From the NCBI RefSeq assembly GCF_022045235.1, contig NW_027266266.1:26226001-26290000 (forward strand): a DNA stretch of 64,000 bases, given 5' to 3'. The translations under genes and the position numbers were made by a program. The DNA comes from Haliotis cracherodii (taxonomy: Eukaryota). Below, one piece after another: positions 63,001 to 64,000 of this stretch (the first letter of the stretch is position 1; every line of letters begins with the position of its first letter). The notes under the pieces are model-generated. The model saw nothing but the letters and a program-made list of their open reading frames with translations. It was not told the origin of the DNA and searched no databases.

Positions 63001-63830
63001 GAGAGCCAGGCAGGGTAACAAAAAGTACCATTTCTTAAGTCTTTTGGTATGATGCAGCCGGGGATTGAACCACTGACCTTACATGCTTCCACTAAACCAC
63101 AGGGGCGGTCCTTCCTTATATGTACATAAATACACGATCAGACATTACTTACCAAGTCAGAAACGGACGATACAGTGATTGCTAATGACAGAGTGAATAT
63201 CAAGCCTCCTATCAACCAAGAAATTGTAAAATGGGAAATTTTCTTACAAACTGATAGAATAAGTATATAAATATATAATTTATAAGAAAATTTCAAATTT
63301 TTTAAACATATCCTACATCTCACTATGCATTTATCCCGCAGCTGGAATGTGGGCACAGATACCCACGCTTGATCCTAGCCTGAACGACCTCGCCTCACAA
63401 CCGTGAGACAACACGAGGAAGTTGGTTTCAAACAGTGAACTAAAACAAACAATTTAGAAGACTGTCCAGACAATAACTTGTGAGCGGGGAAAGAACTGGT
63501 GAAACAATCTAAATATGCTACACGGACCTAACAGCATGAGATGGGGTAGCACATATGGAATGACGAAGAAAGAAGTACTGCGTAGTGTGAGATAAGTTTA
63601 AAAATAAAAATATTATTCAAATTTCTAGGGAATCAAGACGAGAAACCATATGGGTTAAAGTATGAGAAAGGGAGGGTTCTAGGTGTTACCATAGTTACCT
63701 TTAGCACAAGGTGTTGCTGCAGCCCCTTCTGGAGGGGGAAAGTAGACCGACTTCGAGTCTCCCTCAGACTTGTGTTTGGCTGCATCTATATGACAGTTGC
63801 ACAAACACCCAGACACTCCATTTGCTGCAT
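27062..63830 (-). CDS. BRIP1: FANCJ/BRIP1 Fe-S DEAH DNA helicase, 5'-partial, 28 coding exons in window
   Basis: Exons (minus): 63699-63830, 62110-62195, 60970-61169, 56354-56443, 52507-52600, 51855-51977, 49768-49863, 47463-47598, 46569-46615, 45681-45830, 45106-45266, 41487-41532, 40700-40736, 39374-39435, 38706-38843, 37935-38054, 37255-37326, 36477-36600, 36100-36197, 35652-35687, 34965-35092, 34382-34449, 33808-33919, 32019-33132, 31100-31157, 28165-28296, 27217-27365, 27062-27097. All introns are GT-AG and phases join into one open frame. Motifs: [10 protein letters not shown] (FANCJ-type Ia), four Fe-S Cys (HTCIH, EGCQ, GCRM, ACPY), [70 protein letters not shown]. Confidence 0.95.
27217..27365 (-). 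CDS. BRIP1: FANCJ exon 27: [24 protein letters not shown]...[17 protein letters not shown] (second CxxC)
   Basis: ttacag/gttggt, phase 1/0. Confidence 0.8.
28165..28296 (-). CDS. BRIP1: FANCJ exon 26: [17 protein letters not shown]...
   Basis: ttgcag/gtgagt, phase 1/1. Confidence 0.78.
28370..28680 (-). mobile_element. tRNA-headed SINE (MetaSINE-like body, from recollection) whose head seeded the 68-bp array
   Basis: Body aligns with the single-headed copy at about 62905-63110. Confidence 0.7.
28610..30990 (-). repeat. Minisatellite, 68-bp unit x about 35 (amplified tRNA-like SINE head)
   Basis: Minus unit TCCGTGGTGTAGTGGATAGAGTGTCTGTCCGGGGAGTGGAAGGTCGGTGGTTGGATCCCCTGGCTGCC. Confidence 0.95.
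31100..31157 (-). CDS. BRIP1: FANCJ exon 25: [19 protein letters not shown] (first CxxC)
   Basis: ttgcag/gttagt. Phase 0/1 links exon 24 to exon 26 exactly. Confidence 0.78.
32019..33132 (-). CDS. BRIP1: FANCJ exon 24: 1114-nt disordered S/T-P-rich linker
   Basis: Lies within ORF 31938..33242; tttcag/gtacgt, phase 2/0. Confidence 0.88.
33808..33919 (-). CDS. BRIP1: FANCJ exon 23: GLSKWVRNK...
   Basis: GLSKWVR motif; gtccag/gtaagt. Confidence 0.92.
34382..34449 (-). CDS. BRIP1: FANCJ exon 22: [22 protein letters not shown]
   Basis: DWGAL..VD.RF motif; ttccag/gtaggt. Confidence 0.94.
34520..34985. repeat. Minisatellite, 29-bp x about 16, spanning the exon-21 donor
   Basis: Minus unit GGCAGGTGTATCAGACACAG|GTAGGCATT. 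Confidence 0.95.
34965..35092 (-). CDS. BRIP1: FANCJ exon 21: VDLKRKYND...[20 protein letters not shown] (motif VI)
   Basis: tatcag/gtaggc. Confidence 0.95.
35652..35687 (-). CDS. BRIP1: FANCJ exon 20 (36 nt): [12 protein letters not shown]
   Basis: GIP.PN.KD motif; ttgcag/gtacgt. Confidence 0.9.
36100..36197 (-). CDS. BRIP1: FANCJ exon 19: [30 protein letters not shown] (motif V)
   Basis: tatcag/gtgagt. Confidence 0.95.
36477..36600 (-). CDS. BRIP1: FANCJ exon 18: [23 protein letters not shown]...FYDAV
   Basis: TGLW...K...EP motif; attcag/gtaggc. Confidence 0.92.
37255..37326 (-). CDS. BRIP1: FANCJ exon 17: [24 protein letters not shown] (motif IV)
   Basis: ctccag/gtaagt. Confidence 0.94.
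37935..38054 (-). CDS. BRIP1: FANCJ exon 16: [12 protein letters not shown]...[18 protein letters not shown]
   Basis: Matches FANCJ VWVGTIGSGP...ETFEFQDEVG; ttccag/gtaagt. Confidence 0.93.
38706..38843 (-). CDS. BRIP1: FANCJ exon 15: AFSD...[15 protein letters not shown]...LEANHVI (motif III)
   Basis: Conserved motif; ttgcag/gtaggg. Confidence 0.95.
39036..39303 (+). mobile_element. Abundant ~270-bp SINE-like element (representative full copy; about 18 copies in window)
   Basis: Starts acccrtgaagatc, ends gcggcgttaaa(caaa)n. Other copies at about 4765(-), 6376(-), 7390(+), 15835(-), 18600(-), 20288(+), 22877(+), 24770(-), 27470(-), 37372(+), 37558(-), 41648(+), 46315(+), 51375(+), 55590(-), 55885(+), 61830(-). 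Confidence 0.85.
39374..39435 (-). CDS. BRIP1: FANCJ exon 14: [20 protein letters not shown]
   Basis: LNFWC.NPAV motif; tttcag/gtaggt. Confidence 0.92.
39400..39812. repeat. Minisatellite, 55-57-bp x 7, spanning the exon-14 acceptor
   Basis: tttcag|GGCAGAGGAG recurs at 39431, 39487, 39542, 39598, 39654, 39711 and 39767. Confidence 0.93.
39830..40367. repeat. Minisatellite, 22-bp unit catgctacaatggatgaagtca
   Basis: Direct inspection; more than 20 copies. Confidence 0.95.
40700..40736 (-). CDS. BRIP1: FANCJ exon 13 (37 nt): [12 protein letters not shown]
   Basis: tttcag/gtaagg. Phase 0/1 is needed to join exon 14. Confidence 0.72.
41209..41379. other. Assembly gap (N run)
   Basis: Ns in sequence. 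Confidence 1.
41487..41532 (-). CDS. BRIP1: FANCJ exon 12 (46 nt): [15 protein letters not shown]
   Basis: ttgcag/gttcgt, phase 2/0. Confidence 0.75.
42135..43928. repeat. Minisatellite with interleaved 31-bp and 29-bp variants (tgtctgagtaccatgacatacaatcacatgc / ...caacgatccatgc)
   Basis: Direct inspection; about 59 units. Confidence 0.95.
45106..45266 (-). CDS. BRIP1: FANCJ exon 11: ...[20 protein letters not shown]
   Basis: LDYL.R...F..DY motif; gtacag/gtgagg. Confidence 0.9.
45681..45830 (-). CDS. BRIP1: FANCJ exon 10: [29 protein letters not shown]...
   Basis: KIWSG motif of the FANCJ arch domain; catcag/gtgtgt. Confidence 0.88.
46569..46615 (-). CDS. BRIP1: FANCJ exon 9 (47 nt): [16 protein letters not shown]
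   Basis: cttcag/gtaagt. Phase 1/0 bridges exons 8 and 10. Confidence 0.8.
47463..47598 (-). CDS. BRIP1: FANCJ exon 8: [25 protein letters not shown]... (Walker B)
   Basis: DEAH box; ttacag/gtaggt. Confidence 0.95.
48040..49782. repeat. Compound minisatellite: 26-bp units (49330-49782) grading into 23-bp units (48040-49270), both derived from the exon-7 donor
   Basis: Minus units ATCATCAGAGAGAGC|GTAAGTACAGC and ATCATCAGAGACAGCGTAAGGTA. Confidence 0.95.
49768..49863 (-). CDS. BRIP1: FANCJ exon 7: [32 protein letters not shown] (Fe-S Cys4)
   Basis: ACPY and CPYNYL motifs; cttcag/gtaagt. Confidence 0.95.
50428..50951. mobile_element. MITE-like element with ~50-bp TIRs (related ends at about 46230 and 55113)
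   Basis: catcttcctgaggcaagggagttaactgact versus the reverse complement of cagtcacttaactcccttgccttgggaagatg. Confidence 0.65.
51855..51977 (-). CDS. BRIP1: FANCJ exon 6: GPGCRMKD...[15 protein letters not shown] (Fe-S Cys3)
   Basis: AWDLED motif; atgcag/gtagga. Confidence 0.92.
52218..52378. mobile_element. Tc1/mariner-type MITE (TA-flanked)
   Basis: tacggtaaactacgtttataacaa ... ttgttataaccatagtttactgta. Confidence 0.7.
52507..52600 (-). CDS. BRIP1: FANCJ exon 5: [31 protein letters not shown] (Fe-S Cys1, Cys2)
   Basis: Matches MTILSSRDHTCVHP; ggacag/gtacag. Confidence 0.93.
52607..54897. repeat. Minisatellite, 34-bp x about 67, abutting the exon-5 acceptor
   Basis: Unit acagaaacaccaggatcacaccacaccggccatt. 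Confidence 0.95.
56354..56443 (-). CDS. BRIP1: FANCJ exon 4: [29 protein letters not shown] (motif Ia)
   Basis: Diagnostic FANCJ motif; ttccag/gtaatg. Confidence 0.95.
57295..61120. repeat. 88-bp satellite (about 35 copies, with 85-86-bp variants) in three blocks, each followed by a copy of the exon-3 3' half
   Basis: Exon-half copies at 58464-58614, 59935-60085 and the native 60970-61120; periods 1471 and 1035 bp. Confidence 0.93.
60970..61169 (-). CDS. BRIP1: FANCJ exon 3: [11 protein letters not shown]...[15 protein letters not shown]
   Basis: tttcag acceptor, weak AAA|gtaaaa donor. Phase 0/2 fits both neighbours. Confidence 0.75.
62110..62195 (-). CDS. BRIP1: FANCJ exon 2: [28 protein letters not shown]
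   Basis: tttcag/gtttgg, phase 1/0. DDDF..K.FR.P resembles FANCJ DDFQVEKKRIRP. Confidence 0.75.
62315..63110 (-). mobile_element. Same SINE family, interrupted by a ~490-bp insertion with CAGGCCT terminal inverted repeats (about 62348-62838)
   Basis: Intact B-box GGTTCAATCCC. The tail gtgaggtgaggtgaaa matches about 27720 and resumes after the insertion. Confidence 0.6.
63699..63830 (-). CDS. BRIP1: FANCJ exon (window exon 1): [15 protein letters not shown]...
   Basis: ttttag/gtaact boundaries, phase 1/1. CLCNCH resembles the CCCACH of vertebrate FANCJ. Confidence 0.75.
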
Positions 63831-64000
63831 CTAAAAATATATATAAATATTGAATGTGAAGGAAACATGACCATGATCACCAGCAATGGTTCATTGGGTT
63901 AATTTCCTATCTAATCAATAAATCATAGCAAAATGATACTACAGTTACAATACATGTAAGGTTAAATGGCTCATTAATCATACCACTATTACACGCTGAG

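Overview
Eukaryotic (metazoan, probably molluscan; the SINE families suggest abalone/Haliotis, low-moderate confidence) repeat-rich genomic DNA with one N-gap (41209-41379). The right 37 kb holds the 3' 28 coding exons of a FANCJ/BRIP1 Fe-S DNA helicase gene on the minus strand. All exons were traced by hand with GT-AG boundaries and consistent phases (3845 nt, about 1280 codons). The 5' Walker-A exons lie beyond the window. This FANCJ ends in a two-CxxC, Yippee/Mis18-like putative zinc-binding domain that human FANCJ lacks. Many of its introns carry tandem repeats seeded on its own splice junctions (duplicated donors, duplicated acceptors and a triplicated exon half). The introns also hold an inverted copy of part of an exon and a 35-copy array of a tRNA-SINE head. 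The left 25 kb holds two intact paralogues of an unrecognised 3-exon gene encoding a 101-aa protein, which the ORF track shows only in part. Both have a conserved E-box/TCTCGCGAGA/CRE promoter and a motif-rich 3'UTR. Between them lie tandem decayed promoter/exon-1 copies and relics of LINE, Academ-like and Tc1 elements. At least four SINE-like families and several MITEs are scattered throughout.
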